Below are positions 54,812-64,000 of a stretch of 64,000 nucleotides of DNA, one piece after another. The stretch is from Candidatus Babelota bacterium (GTDB lineage: Bacteria > Babelota > Babeliae > Babelales > CAIQNR01). The DNA is taken from the NCBI GenBank assembly GCA_965658655.1, contig CBFHTA010000002.1:128001-192000 (forward strand), in the 5' to 3' direction. Made by a program: the position numbers and the translations under genes. Numbering within the stretch: position 1 is the stretch's first letter; every line of letters begins with the position of its first letter. The notes below the pieces were generated by a model, which was given only the letters and a program-made list of their open reading frames with translations, had not been told where the DNA came from and made no database searches.

Positions 54812-56134
54812 ATGAAAACCTCTCAAACGCCACCTACCCTTGAAGACATCGTTTCACTCTGTAAGAGGCGAGGATTCATCTTTCCTGCAGCAGATATCTA
54901 CGGCGGAATCAATGGTATATACGATGTAGGACACTTTGGCGTATTGATGAAGCGTAACATAAGAAATTTATGGCTTTCTTCATTAAATAACCCTATGGGA
55001 CCAATTGTAGAAATTGAAGGATCTCTCTTAGGACCAGAGGCAATGTGGAAGGCGTCGGGGCATGTTGAAGGGTTTCATGATCCTATGGTGGATTGTAAAA
55101 ATTGCAAACGTCGTTTTAGAGCCGATGAGCTTGATCTAGAAAAAGTTTGCCAAGTTTGCGGAATAAAAGATTGGACCGATATTCGCGAATTTAACATGAT
55201 GTTTAAAACACAATTAGGAGCAATGGAAGATGCCTCTGCAAGAGCATATCTTCGCCCTGAAACTGCTCAAGCAATCTTCGTTAACTTTAAAAATATTATG
55301 TCTACCAATCGTGCTAAGATCCCTTTTGGCATTGCGCAAATTGGTAAAGCTTTTAGAAATGAAATTACACCAAAACAATTTCTCTTTAGAATGCGTGAGT
55401 TCGAGCAAATGGAACTCGAATGGTTCTGCAAACCAGACACTGCAGAGAAAACACTTGAGTATTGGATAAAACATCGTTTGGACTTCTATAAGTTCTTAGG
55501 TGTTAACGAAGAAAAAATAAGAATTCACCAACATGCAAAAGAAGAATTAGCACATTACTCTACCGCATGTTCAGACATTGAATATGAATTTCCTTTTGGA
55601 TGGAAAGAACTAGAAGGTATTGCTCACCGTGGTTGTTACGACCTTTCTCAACACACAAAACACTCAGGAAAAGAATTAACTGTTTACGATGACGAAAAGA
55701 AAGAATCATATACTCCACACGTAGTTGAATCTTCTGTAGGTGTAGACAGACTCTTCTTAACACTTTTATGTGATGCGTATTGTGTAGACGAAGTGGAAGG
55801 TGAAAAACGAACAGTACTTAAACTAAATCCTCTTGTGGCACCTTATACTGTTGCTTTTATGCCATTAACTAACAAGTTATCCGAACCAACATTTAAACTT
55901 TTTGCTCACTACAAACAACAAGGGTTAAACGTTGAGTTTGATCAATCAGGATCAATCGGTAAACGTTACCGTCGTCAAGATGAGATTGGAACGCCTTTTT
56001 GCGTAACTTTTGATTTTGAGACAGAACAAGATGGTTGCGTTACTGTGCGCGATCGTGATACGACAAAACAAGAACGTATAGAAGTAGGAAAGCTCACAAA
56101 TTATATTAATGAGCAGATTAAAGCAAAAATATAA
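54812..56134 (+). CDS. glyQS: glycine--tRNA ligase, alpha2 homodimeric type
   Basis: LCKRRGF, YLRPETAQ, AFRNEITP, REFEQME and GSIGKRYRRQDEIGTP motifs. Confidence 0.95.
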   Translation: MKTSQTPPTLEDIVSLCKRRGFIFPAADIYGGINGIYDVGHFGVLMKRNIRNLWLSSLNNPMGPIVEIEGSLLGPEAMWKASGHVEGFHDPMVDCKNCKRRFRADELDLEKVCQVCGIKDWTDIREFNMMFKTQLGAMEDASARAYLRPETAQAIFVNFKNIMSTNRAKIPFGIAQIGKAFRNEITPKQFLFRMREFEQMELEWFCKPDTAEKTLEYWIKHRLDFYKFLGVNEEKIRIHQHAKEELAHYSTACSDIEYEFPFGWKELEGIAHRGCYDLSQHTKHSGKELTVYDDEKKESYTPHVVESSVGVDRLFLTLLCDAYCVDEVEGEKRTVLKLNPLVAPYTVAFMPLTNKLSEPTFKLFAHYKQQGLNVEFDQSGSIGKRYRRQDEIGTPFCVTFDFETEQDGCVTVRDRDTTKQERIEVGKLTNYINEQIKAKI

Positions 56135-56753
56135 AAGGGAAGATGTGATACAAGCAATTCCGGGGCTACGTTGGACAGCAAGTTGGGTGCGAAAACTGTA
56201 TGACTGGATGGGCTCATTTGTAGATTCTCCCTACGGGTCCTGGATTTTGGCAGCATTCTTTTTTATTGAAGCGGTTTTCTTTTTTCCTTCAGACCCGCTT
56301 CTTATTTTGTTCTGTGTAGAAAAACAACGTAAAGCTTTATACTATGCAACAATAGCAACTCTTGCTTCTGTTTTAGGTGGCATAGCTGGTTACTATATTG
56401 GATATTCGGTGTTTGCAATCATTGGAAAAAAGCTCGTAAGTATTTTTTCTACGCAAGCTACATTTGATCGTTTGTGTGAACAATATCGCTTGTATCAAAA
56501 TTGGGCGGTGTTAGTCGCTGGATTTACACCCCTACCCTACAAACTAGTTACACTTACCGCTGGATTTTGCAAACTTCCTTTGTTGCCCTTTATCATGTGC
56601 TCTTTCATTGCACGTGGCGCTCGATTTTATTTAGTAGGAGGCGTCATTTATATTTGGGGTGGTAAAATTAAAACATACATTGATGAGTACTTCAATACTT
56701 TACTTATGATCTTTGTAGCGCTCGTCATTTTGACGGTTGTTGTACTTAAATAA
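56109..56753 (+). CDS. YqaA/DedA-family (VTT domain) membrane protein
   Basis: EAVFFFPSD, ASVLGG..GY, AGFTPLPYK and RGARF motifs. Confidence 0.85.
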   Translation: MSRLKQKYKREDVIQAIPGLRWTASWVRKLYDWMGSFVDSPYGSWILAAFFFIEAVFFFPSDPLLILFCVEKQRKALYYATIATLASVLGGIAGYYIGYSVFAIIGKKLVSIFSTQATFDRLCEQYRLYQNWAVLVAGFTPLPYKLVTLTAGFCKLPLLPFIMCSFIARGARFYLVGGVIYIWGGKIKTYIDEYFNTLLMIFVALVILTVVVLK

Positions 56754-56778
56754 TAACGTAATGGTTTTATGAGGTAAC

Positions 56779-58110
56779 ATGGCCTTGAAAAGAATGCAAT
56801 TTTTTTCTCCTAGCAGAACAATTTTTCTCTCTATTGTTACTGCAATTCTGCTAGGAACGTTTTTGCTGGCACTGCCTATGTCTCAGACACGGCCTTTGCC
56901 ACTCATAGATGTGTTTTTTACCGCGACATCTGCAACTACTGTAACGGGATTGTTAACCATTCCAATCGACAGTTTTACGCACATCGGTCTTTGTGTCATT
57001 ATGTTTTTAATACAGATTGGTGGGCTTGGCCTTATTACCTTAACACTCTTTGTGGTATCTCTCTTTACCAACCTTGGTTTAGGAACACAGGTAATGGCTG
57101 GAGAAATGCTAGACTTAGAATCATGGAAAGACACGCGTAAGATCTTGTTTTTTGTTATTTTAATTACCTTCACCTTTGAAGCACTTGGGGCGATTTTTGT
57201 TTTTCAAACTCTACGCAATGATTTTTCTGCCTTCGATTCTGTTTTCTTTTCTATTTTTCATGCAATCTCGTCATTTTGCAATGCAGGAATGACCCCCTTT
57301 AAAGAGGGTATGATTCTTTTCAACCACAACTACAACATGCTTTTAACAACCGCTTTTTTAATGATTGCAGGAGGAATTGGTTTTATCACCTGGCGAGAGC
57401 TTATAACAAAATGGAACCCTTTTAAGAAAACACCAAAACATCGAACCCTCCAAACCCGTATTGTTCTCTATTATTATTTCTTCTTAATATTTGTTAATAC
57501 TGTTGTTTTTTGGCTTTTGGAACACGATAATACTTTTGAGACCATGAGCCTCCCCTTACAACTTATTCAATCTTTTTTTACTTCCGTAACTGTAAGGAGC
57601 GGAGGTTATTTATCGGTGTATCCCAATGATATGGAACATGCATCACTCTTTTCTATGATGGTTAACGCCTTTATTGGTTCGGCTCCAGGCTCTACTGGAA
57701 GTGGTATAAAAGTAACCACTATGGCAATCTTTTTAGCAACTATCAATGCTGCTGTATTTAATCAATCATCAGTCGATTTACGAGGAAGAAGAGTCATGAA
57801 AGACCAAGTGTATCGTGCTTTAGCAATTGTTGCTTTGAGTATGGCCTGGATTGTAATTGTAACTTTTTGTTTATTAATTACAGAAAAAACTTGGAACTTT
57901 TTAGATATAGCATTCGAAACAATTTCTGCTTTTTCTACGCTGGGAGCGTCTTTGGGAATTACACCATATCTTTCTATTGTAGGGAAAATTCTTATTGCAT
58001 GCACCATGTTTATTGGTCGTGTTGGTTCTTTAACCCTTATGATTGCGCTGCGTCCACAAGTTGAAAAAACTGGATTCGCTTATCCAGAAGAACGTGTCAT
58101 GATAACGTAA
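56779..58110 (+). CDS. KtrB/TrkH-family potassium uptake membrane subunit
   Basis: TSATTVTGL, IQIGGLG, SSFCNAG, GSTGSGIK and MFIGRVG motifs. Confidence 0.92.
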   Translation: MALKRMQFFSPSRTIFLSIVTAILLGTFLLALPMSQTRPLPLIDVFFTATSATTVTGLLTIPIDSFTHIGLCVIMFLIQIGGLGLITLTLFVVSLFTNLGLGTQVMAGEMLDLESWKDTRKILFFVILITFTFEALGAIFVFQTLRNDFSAFDSVFFSIFHAISSFCNAGMTPFKEGMILFNHNYNMLLTTAFLMIAGGIGFITWRELITKWNPFKKTPKHRTLQTRIVLYYYFFLIFVNTVVFWLLEHDNTFETMSLPLQLIQSFFTSVTVRSGGYLSVYPNDMEHASLFSMMVNAFIGSAPGSTGSGIKVTTMAIFLATINAAVFNQSSVDLRGRRVMKDQVYRALAIVALSMAWIVIVTFCLLITEKTWNFLDIAFETISAFSTLGASLGITPYLSIVGKILIACTMFIGRVGSLTLMIALRPQVEKTGFAYPEERVMIT

Positions 58111-58122
58111 CGAGGTATAAAT

Positions 58123-58767
58123 ATGAAAGTTGGTGTTATTGGTTTAGGAAGATTTGGTTATAGTGTTGCAACTACACTATCCGAAAAAGGCATTGAAGTC
58201 TTGGCCATTGATAGTAATGAAGACATTATTTCATCTATTCGTGATTCTGTAACCCAAGCTGTATGCGCAAAAATAACAGATGAAAATTCTTTACGATCTG
58301 TAGGCGCAGACGAAATGGATACCATTATTGTAGCTATGGGTGAAAACTTTGCACAGTCTATCCTGATAACTGCACTGCTCAAGAAACGCCTACAGGTTTC
58401 TCGCGTTATTACTCGTAGTATTAACAATATTCATCGCGAGATTGTAACACTCATTGGAGCAGACGAAACTATTATTCCAGAAGAAGATATTGGAGTGCGG
58501 CTGGCAGAACAAATTAGTTCTCCTTTCTCACAGTTCTTTCGTCTTACTGCACAATTTTCTGTGAGCCAATTAGAAGCTCCACCAAGTTTTATTGGTATTC
58601 AAGTCAATAGTCTAGAAATATTTAAAAACTATAAAGTACGTTGTATTGCTCTGAAAGAGGGAGAGACTTTTGCACCAATCGACCCTGAATACGTCATTAA
58701 AGAAGATGATATGCTTTTGATGGCTGGTCGGGAAGACGATCTCAAGAAGATTGCACGACTCTCATAA
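58123..58767 (+). CDS. KtrA/TrkA-family potassium uptake regulatory subunit
   Basis: VIGLGRFG Rossmann motif and RCK_C tail; follows the ktrB-like gene. Confidence 0.92.
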   Translation: MKVGVIGLGRFGYSVATTLSEKGIEVLAIDSNEDIISSIRDSVTQAVCAKITDENSLRSVGADEMDTIIVAMGENFAQSILITALLKKRLQVSRVITRSINNIHREIVTLIGADETIIPEEDIGVRLAEQISSPFSQFFRLTAQFSVSQLEAPPSFIGIQVNSLEIFKNYKVRCIALKEGETFAPIDPEYVIKEDDMLLMAGREDDLKKIARLS

Positions 58768-58799
58768 AAAACAAAGTCTCATAAAAAAGGAGAAGTAGT

Positions 58800-59786
58800 A
58801 TGCTATTAGGTAGTGGTTTATTTTGTTGTTTTATTTCTATTCTAACCTACTCAGTTTACATGGTTGCTCTTAAACCGGTAAAACACAGAATACTTACTCT
58901 TTTTTGGATAAACTGCGTTGCTTATCTGGGCTACATAACCATTTACTTTTTTCGCAAGCTTCATCTTGAACACGATGTACGAGCACTTGAACAATTACTT
59001 TTTACATTCACCCTATCTAACGTACCCCTTTATATTTTAATGGCATGTTTTTTCGTTGGATCATTTGTATTATTGAATTACTTAATGGATCATTTTGAAA
59101 TCTCCTTAATCACTCCTGTTACCGAAATCAGCATTCTTTTTACCACAATTGGCTACCTTTTACTCGGTAATCCTTTTTCTTGGATTGTAATGCTGAGCGT
59201 AAGCATTATTTTTATAGGAGCTATTACATCGGGTATGAAAACACTCTCTCTAGCCAACCCATTTAAAGATCTTAAACGAATTCCTCGCACACTGATTGCT
59301 GGAGGCACCCTTCAAGCATTTTTTGAATCAAGCGCCATGCTTATAACTTTTTTATGTACCCATCAAACCAATGTAAATAAAGCAATTTTCAACTTTTTAA
59401 ATATTGCATTTAAAAACATTTATGATGTTCCTTTTTCATTTCACCAGCCTTTCTATTACAACGTTGGAGTAAGATTTTTCATTGTTCTTATCTTTACGCT
59501 TTATCTGCTCATTCACAAAAAATATCGAATGGAAATTATTACCCACCCATTTGAAAATACTCAAAACACACTTACTCTAAGTCTTGTTTTTCTTATTTCA
59601 ATTGTTGCTTATCAAACGGCTTATCAAGATATACCAGACAAGAATGTTTTAGTTGCTTTACGTAAATTAACTATTCCTACTATTTTATTTATTAGTTACT
59701 ACACATTAGGTGAGCGAATAACACGTCCAAAACTTATTGGGTGTATTATAATTGTTCTAGGAGGAATGCTAAGCTTAACCGTGTAA
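58800..59786 (+). CDS. DMT/EamA-superfamily transporter (paralog 1)
   Basis: About 10 TM helices; C-terminal LGERITRPKLIG..IIV.GG signature. Confidence 0.7.
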   Translation: MLLGSGLFCCFISILTYSVYMVALKPVKHRILTLFWINCVAYLGYITIYFFRKLHLEHDVRALEQLLFTFTLSNVPLYILMACFFVGSFVLLNYLMDHFEISLITPVTEISILFTTIGYLLLGNPFSWIVMLSVSIIFIGAITSGMKTLSLANPFKDLKRIPRTLIAGGTLQAFFESSAMLITFLCTHQTNVNKAIFNFLNIAFKNIYDVPFSFHQPFYYNVGVRFFIVLIFTLYLLIHKKYRMEIITHPFENTQNTLTLSLVFLISIVAYQTAYQDIPDKNVLVALRKLTIPTILFISYYTLGERITRPKLIGCIIIVLGGMLSLTV

Positions 59787-59808
59787 TTGTTTATAGGGAA
59801 ATAATGCT

Positions 59809-60792
59809 ATGATGTCTTTATTCAATTTTTCTATCGCATTTAGTTTTGTAGTTCTATCGAGCCTTGCTGCCGTTATTTTAAAACAAGCGCCCAAAAAAAA
59901 CATTTTAGTTTTGTGGACAATGCTCATCATGTTTTTTCTCGCACATGTTGCATTTATTATTCTAAAAATACAAAGTGGTATGACTCTTTACCAAACTATT
60001 CTGTTTATTCTTCCTCTATACACAGATAATATTCCTTTTTATCTTATACGAGGAGGATCCATTATATTTGGAAATGTTTTAATTTTCTATTTACTAAATA
60101 ACTTCCCCGTTTCTAAAGTTATCCTTGTGCTACAACTGGCAATTCCTATTTCAGCTATCTGTTTTACCTTACTTGGCAACCCCATTACATGGAATGCTAT
60201 TTTGGGAACGGTGATTGTAACTATTGGAGCCCTTATCTCTGGATTCAAAAAATTTGAATTTCCGAATGTATTTAAACCTCTTTTAGAAATCCCCCCTAAA
60301 CTTTATATCATTGGTCTTTTAAAGGCATCTGCGCGTGTATTGGGGTCATTAATCCTCTTTATTCTTTCAACTCGAACAACAGAAACCGTTGCGCTACACC
60401 ATATTCTTAAACATTCTTTATTTTTTGATTTAACGCATCTTACTTTCTATACCACACTTGACTACGCTATTGGTATGGCCCCATGGATTTTAACTACCTA
60501 TTTCCTTTACTTCTTTCTGATTGAAAAAGTGCGATGGGGTGATATGACAGAGTATGCAAACAAACACACTCAATTAATACTCCTAAATGGCACAGTTATG
60601 TCTTTCAGTTATATAGCGTATGCCTATGCGTTTGGACATATAAAAGATAAATTTTTAATGTCTGTTATGGGGAAATGCCAAATTCCTTTAACACTTATAT
60701 TTGCTGTTTATCTGTTAAACGAAAAAATAACTTTCCCTCAAAAAATAGCTACTGTCTTTATTTTAGCTGGAGGCGCCATTAGCATTTTGTAA
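59809..60792 (+). CDS. DMT/EamA-superfamily transporter (paralog 2)
   Basis: LNEKITFPQK..ILAGG; shares ISGFK.FEFPN.FKPLL.IP with paralog 3. Confidence 0.7.
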   Translation: MMSLFNFSIAFSFVVLSSLAAVILKQAPKKNILVLWTMLIMFFLAHVAFIILKIQSGMTLYQTILFILPLYTDNIPFYLIRGGSIIFGNVLIFYLLNNFPVSKVILVLQLAIPISAICFTLLGNPITWNAILGTVIVTIGALISGFKKFEFPNVFKPLLEIPPKLYIIGLLKASARVLGSLILFILSTRTTETVALHHILKHSLFFDLTHLTFYTTLDYAIGMAPWILTTYFLYFFLIEKVRWGDMTEYANKHTQLILLNGTVMSFSYIAYAYAFGHIKDKFLMSVMGKCQIPLTLIFAVYLLNEKITFPQKIATVFILAGGAISIL

Positions 60793-60807
60793 AAAAAGGA
60801 AAATGTA

Positions 60808-61791
60808 ATGATTTCATTGTGGCATATCGGTTGTATTTTTTCAGGAATTTTTTCCTATATCTTTTTTAATATCCAAATAAAAAAAGCTCACTCCACAACA
60901 TTCACCTGTTTGAGTTCCTACATTTGTGCTAATGTCTTATTCTTTTTGGTATTTTTCATACAAAAATGGGCAACTACAGGATCTTTTCATAACGCAAGCT
61001 CACATTTAGGAAAAATCTTTTGTACAGATATACTTTGGAGTATTATAGGAAGTCTTATCCTGCTATTAATGTCCATTATATTTGCACACTTACTCGAGAA
61101 CTATCCCGTTTCAAACGTAACAATGGTGCTTCAACTCGGTGTGCCCATTAGTTCTTTTGGTTATTATCTAGTAGGCAATATAGCTTCTCCTTCACAATTC
61201 ACAGGAATCATCATCATTACCCTAGGAGCAATTATTTCTGGCTTTAAACAATTTGAATTTCCTAATATTTTCAAACCGCTCCTCTCTATCCCTTTAACAT
61301 TGTATGCTTTAGGAATTTTACGTAGCATTATTTCTTCAATGGGAAAAATTGTAGTTTTTATTGTTTCACAAAAAACAACCCAAACTCTCGATTTTCATCA
61401 TCTAATCAATAACTTTGATGACTTTTCCCCTGTGTCTAATGTATTTGAGGTTGCACTAGATTTTGTAGTAGGACGTAGTCCCTTTCTAATTTTTACTTTT
61501 ATTTTATACATACTTTATCTGGAACAATTTTCTTTTAAAAATATTATTAAAAAAACCAAACAAGATGCTTACTCTATTATTACAGCAGGATTATTAATAA
61601 GTATTTATACCGGACTCTATTATTACGTCTTCCAAACAATCGAACACAAATCTGTACTCTCTGCTCTTAATAAATTTAAAATACCATTTACCGTTATCAT
61701 CGCCAGCTTCGTATTAAAGGAAAAAATTAATTTCCCCAAAAAAGTTGCCACCTTTTTAATTGTAGCAGGAGGTCTCTTAGCAGCTTTATAA
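60808..61791 (+). CDS. DMT/EamA-superfamily transporter (paralog 3)
   Basis: LKEKINFPKK..IVAGG; same length and loop motifs as its neighbours. Confidence 0.7.
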   Translation: MISLWHIGCIFSGIFSYIFFNIQIKKAHSTTFTCLSSYICANVLFFLVFFIQKWATTGSFHNASSHLGKIFCTDILWSIIGSLILLLMSIIFAHLLENYPVSNVTMVLQLGVPISSFGYYLVGNIASPSQFTGIIIITLGAIISGFKQFEFPNIFKPLLSIPLTLYALGILRSIISSMGKIVVFIVSQKTTQTLDFHHLINNFDDFSPVSNVFEVALDFVVGRSPFLIFTFILYILYLEQFSFKNIIKKTKQDAYSIITAGLLISIYTGLYYYVFQTIEHKSVLSALNKFKIPFTVIIASFVLKEKINFPKKVATFLIVAGGLLAAL

Positions 61792-61887
61792 AAATTTTTT
61801 AACAAAGGTTTTTATTGTATTTGTATACTATGCAAAGAAACAGAAATCATATGAATAAGTTCTATTATCTTCTTCAAAAATACAAAT

Positions 61888-61915
61888 AAAAAAAGCACCG
61901 ATTTCTCGGTGCTTT
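61888..61915 (-). terminator. intrinsic terminator after rplU
   Basis: Minus strand AAAGCACCGA-GAAA-TCGGTGCTTT then TTTT. Confidence 0.85.
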
Positions 61916-61939
61916 AAATTTTTATACTGAATAACTTAC

Positions 61940-62332
61940 TTACTCAGCTGACTTTTCAGTTGCTTTTTTTGGAGCTGTCTTTTTAGGAGCAGTTCCAGCA
62001 CCCAAAGATTCGATGCGAATAACCGTCAAACACTGTCTGTGTCCTTTTTTAACACGAGACTTCTTACGACGTTTAAATCTGAAAATGGTTAATTTAGGTC
62101 CTTTTGTTTGTTTAACAATAGACGCCTTAATTGCACCTGTGAGTGTCGGCTGACCGATTTCAAACTTATCGTCAGCGAGCTTGCGAAAGAGAACATCGCT
62201 AAATTCAACGGTATCACCATCTTGTCCAGAAAGCTTTTCTACCGCAATTGTTTTTCCTTCGATGGCTTGGTATTGTTTACCACCTGTTTGGAAAATAGCG
62301 TATCGCTCAAACTCAGTTGTTTGTGCTGCCAT
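61940..62332 (-). CDS. rplU: 50S ribosomal protein L21
   Basis: YAIFQTGGKQY and FKRRK...KGHRQ motifs. Confidence 0.95.
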   Translation of the reverse strand: MAAQTTEFERYAIFQTGGKQYQAIEGKTIAVEKLSGQDGDTVEFSDVLFRKLADDKFEIGQPTLTGAIKASIVKQTKGPKLTIFRFKRRKKSRVKKGHRQCLTVIRIESLGAGTAPKKTAPKKATEKSAE

Positions 62333-62513
62333 GCTTATATCCTTGCATTATAACTGATTAAAATATAACCCATAAAGAGGTTCTATACTATCAGAGAACG
62401 GTCTTTTTGTCTCGTTTTTTATTGAATATCCCACCCTCTTGCTTTTTTTTAGCCAATTAGGTAAGTTTGTGAACTTATTTTAGGGCTCATTTATACTTCA
62501 GAGGTTGAAAGCT

Positions 62514-63767
62514 ATGAAAAGAATTTTAACACTAAATAAGCTCATTTTAACTCTCATGGTCATTACTTCACCCCTCTACGCAACCATTAATACTCAAATA
62601 AATAAAACCATAGAACTTCTTAAAGAAACCGACCGTGCTCTTGAAGGCTGGTCAAAATTACAATATAAATGGCTTTGGTCAAAAAAGGACCAAGAGGCAA
62701 CAATAAGCTCATCCTGCCTGAAACTTAAAAGAACTCAGCAGGAGCTCGCTACAACCCTGGCAAGGCTCAATTCTAACCCAGAACAAGACCATAAAGCCGT
62801 TTTAAGAGAAAGCGCTGCTCATATAAAGCAATATGCTCCTCCCTCCTATTTCAGAAGAAATGGGATTCGTTACGCTACTGTAGCAGTAGGTTTAATGGGT
62901 AGTGCCTATTTTCTTTCTAGAAATGGATATGATGACGAAGGGCAACATATAGTAGAAAATTTTTATACGCATCACATTACAGAACCCATAATCAATATGT
63001 ATAACATTCTAACTAATAAAAATGTGAATCCTATAGTTTTAAAACAAGATCCAAAAGCCGCTCTTAAGTATATTGAACGAAAAACTAATCTTGATATTGA
63101 AAACGCAAAACGAGATCCTCGGTTAAAAGAAGTAGCCGCTAGTTGTTTAGATATTACTATTCCTGTAGAAGAAATCCCTCAAAAAGACAAAATTGCTTTC
63201 TCAAAAGCAAAAAGAACCTTTCACACTATTCGCCTTGCTGAACAAGTTGATCAATTTACGTGGATGGATGTGCTTAGCATCAAAATACCCGAAGATTTAA
63301 AGCATACTATTGAAAGTACTAACACAGTAGTCGAATGGGTTGATATAGAAAAAATGTTTCTTGCAAAGAAACTAGAAGAAATATCAAAAAAGCTTAACTT
63401 AACAATTGAATTCTTGGCAGCCACTCCCGCACTCGTTGGGTCGTATTTCTGTTTAAAATCGATAGGAAAATATTTTACCCATTATAAAGTAAATATCAGA
63501 TACAAACCATTAAAAAAAATACTTATTAAGCTACAACTACAACACAATCAAGAGCGATACACAAACCTCCCCTCTCCTGCAGTAAAAGGAATGAACATCT
63601 ATTGGTTGTCACAACTTAAAGAAGCCATACCTCACATTCCTGTAGTTGACCGCACAGCTTATAGCGAGTACCTAGAACGACTCGAAGATAACACATTACA
63701 ACCAAAACAGAAGATAACCATTATTGAAAACATGCTCCGAGATATTTCCTGTTTACAACAAATATAA
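62514..63767 (+). CDS. exported/membrane protein resembling the eukaryotic NCA2/DGS1 family
   Basis: Signal peptide; PPSYFRRN + TM, NFYTHHITEPI, LNLTIEFLAATPALV and EYLERLED...QK motifs in NCA2-like order (recognised from memory). Confidence 0.5.
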   Translation: MKRILTLNKLILTLMVITSPLYATINTQINKTIELLKETDRALEGWSKLQYKWLWSKKDQEATISSSCLKLKRTQQELATTLARLNSNPEQDHKAVLRESAAHIKQYAPPSYFRRNGIRYATVAVGLMGSAYFLSRNGYDDEGQHIVENFYTHHITEPIINMYNILTNKNVNPIVLKQDPKAALKYIERKTNLDIENAKRDPRLKEVAASCLDITIPVEEIPQKDKIAFSKAKRTFHTIRLAEQVDQFTWMDVLSIKIPEDLKHTIESTNTVVEWVDIEKMFLAKKLEEISKKLNLTIEFLAATPALVGSYFCLKSIGKYFTHYKVNIRYKPLKKILIKLQLQHNQERYTNLPSPAVKGMNIYWLSQLKEAIPHIPVVDRTAYSEYLERLEDNTLQPKQKITIIENMLRDISCLQQI

Positions 63768-64000
63768 TTATAAAGCTTTTTTTAGTAATTGCGCAATTGG
63801 TTCATACTTAAGTTGTTTTGCAAGTTCAAAGGCACTCATATGTTGCACTTCCTGTTGATTGTCTAATTTAAATTCACCCTTAGTGTTTTGCTTTGCACCG
63901 CGCTTAAGCAACTCCTGCACACCGCTTTGGTCTGCTTTAGAAACTGCAAGCATTAAAGCTGTATGGCCAGATTCTGTTGTGGTGTTAACATCTGCACCCT
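63768..64000 (-). CDS. 3' end of an ankyrin-repeat protein (partial)
   Basis: Reads GADVNTTTESGHTALMLAVSKADQSGVQELLKRGA...SAFELA; open to the window edge. Confidence 0.85.
   Translation of the reverse strand, partial: GADVNTTTESGHTALMLAVSKADQSGVQELLKRGAKQNTKGEFKLDNQQEVQHMSAFELAKQLKYEPIAQLLKKAL

Noticed and set aside
54812..56134. Eukaryote-type glycyl-tRNA synthetase as evidence of gene transfer from a host
   Set aside because: The alpha2 type is native to many bacterial phyla.
380..62353. Many short overlapping ORFs in the track (for example 380..856, 5780..6283, 16880..17329, 27045..27452)
   Set aside because: They lie inside or antisense to well-supported genes and have no recognisable motifs.

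Overview
AT-rich bacterial chromosomal window with no rRNA, CRISPR array, transposase or integrase that I can recognise. Housekeeping genes are scattered and out of their usual operons: murD 3' end, ftsW, pepA, trxB fused to thioredoxin, rpiB, a lolC/E-type permease, a divergent pgk, dnaA, lemA, tlyA, glyQS, ktrAB/trkAH, rplU and two tRNA-Arg genes. Between them lie many orphan genes with Sec-type signal peptides. This mix, plus an ankyrin gene at the right edge, suggests an intracellular parasite of eukaryotes, most like Candidatus Dependentiae (TM6/Babeliae); that assignment is my inference. The strongest observations are: (1) five dispersed secreted proteins share a leader (signal peptide, [AS]MD, acidic spacer, RGL[DNE][FL] at residue 119-142) in front of largely unrelated C-terminal cargo, a candidate export or processing signal; (2) one of them carries a WASP/Las17-like central-acidic (Arp2/3-binding) motif; (3) four adjacent secreted proteins carry eukaryote-like C2H2/C2HC zinc fingers; (4) an amidase gene is split at an A10 tract by a -1 frameshift with all catalytic residues intact; (5) a protease-dead FtsH-like ATPase, a secreted kinase-like protein, an NCA2/DGS1-like protein, a 2597-aa repeat protein and a candidate ~110-nt structured RNA. 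All family assignments come from motif recognition by eye; no database searches were run.
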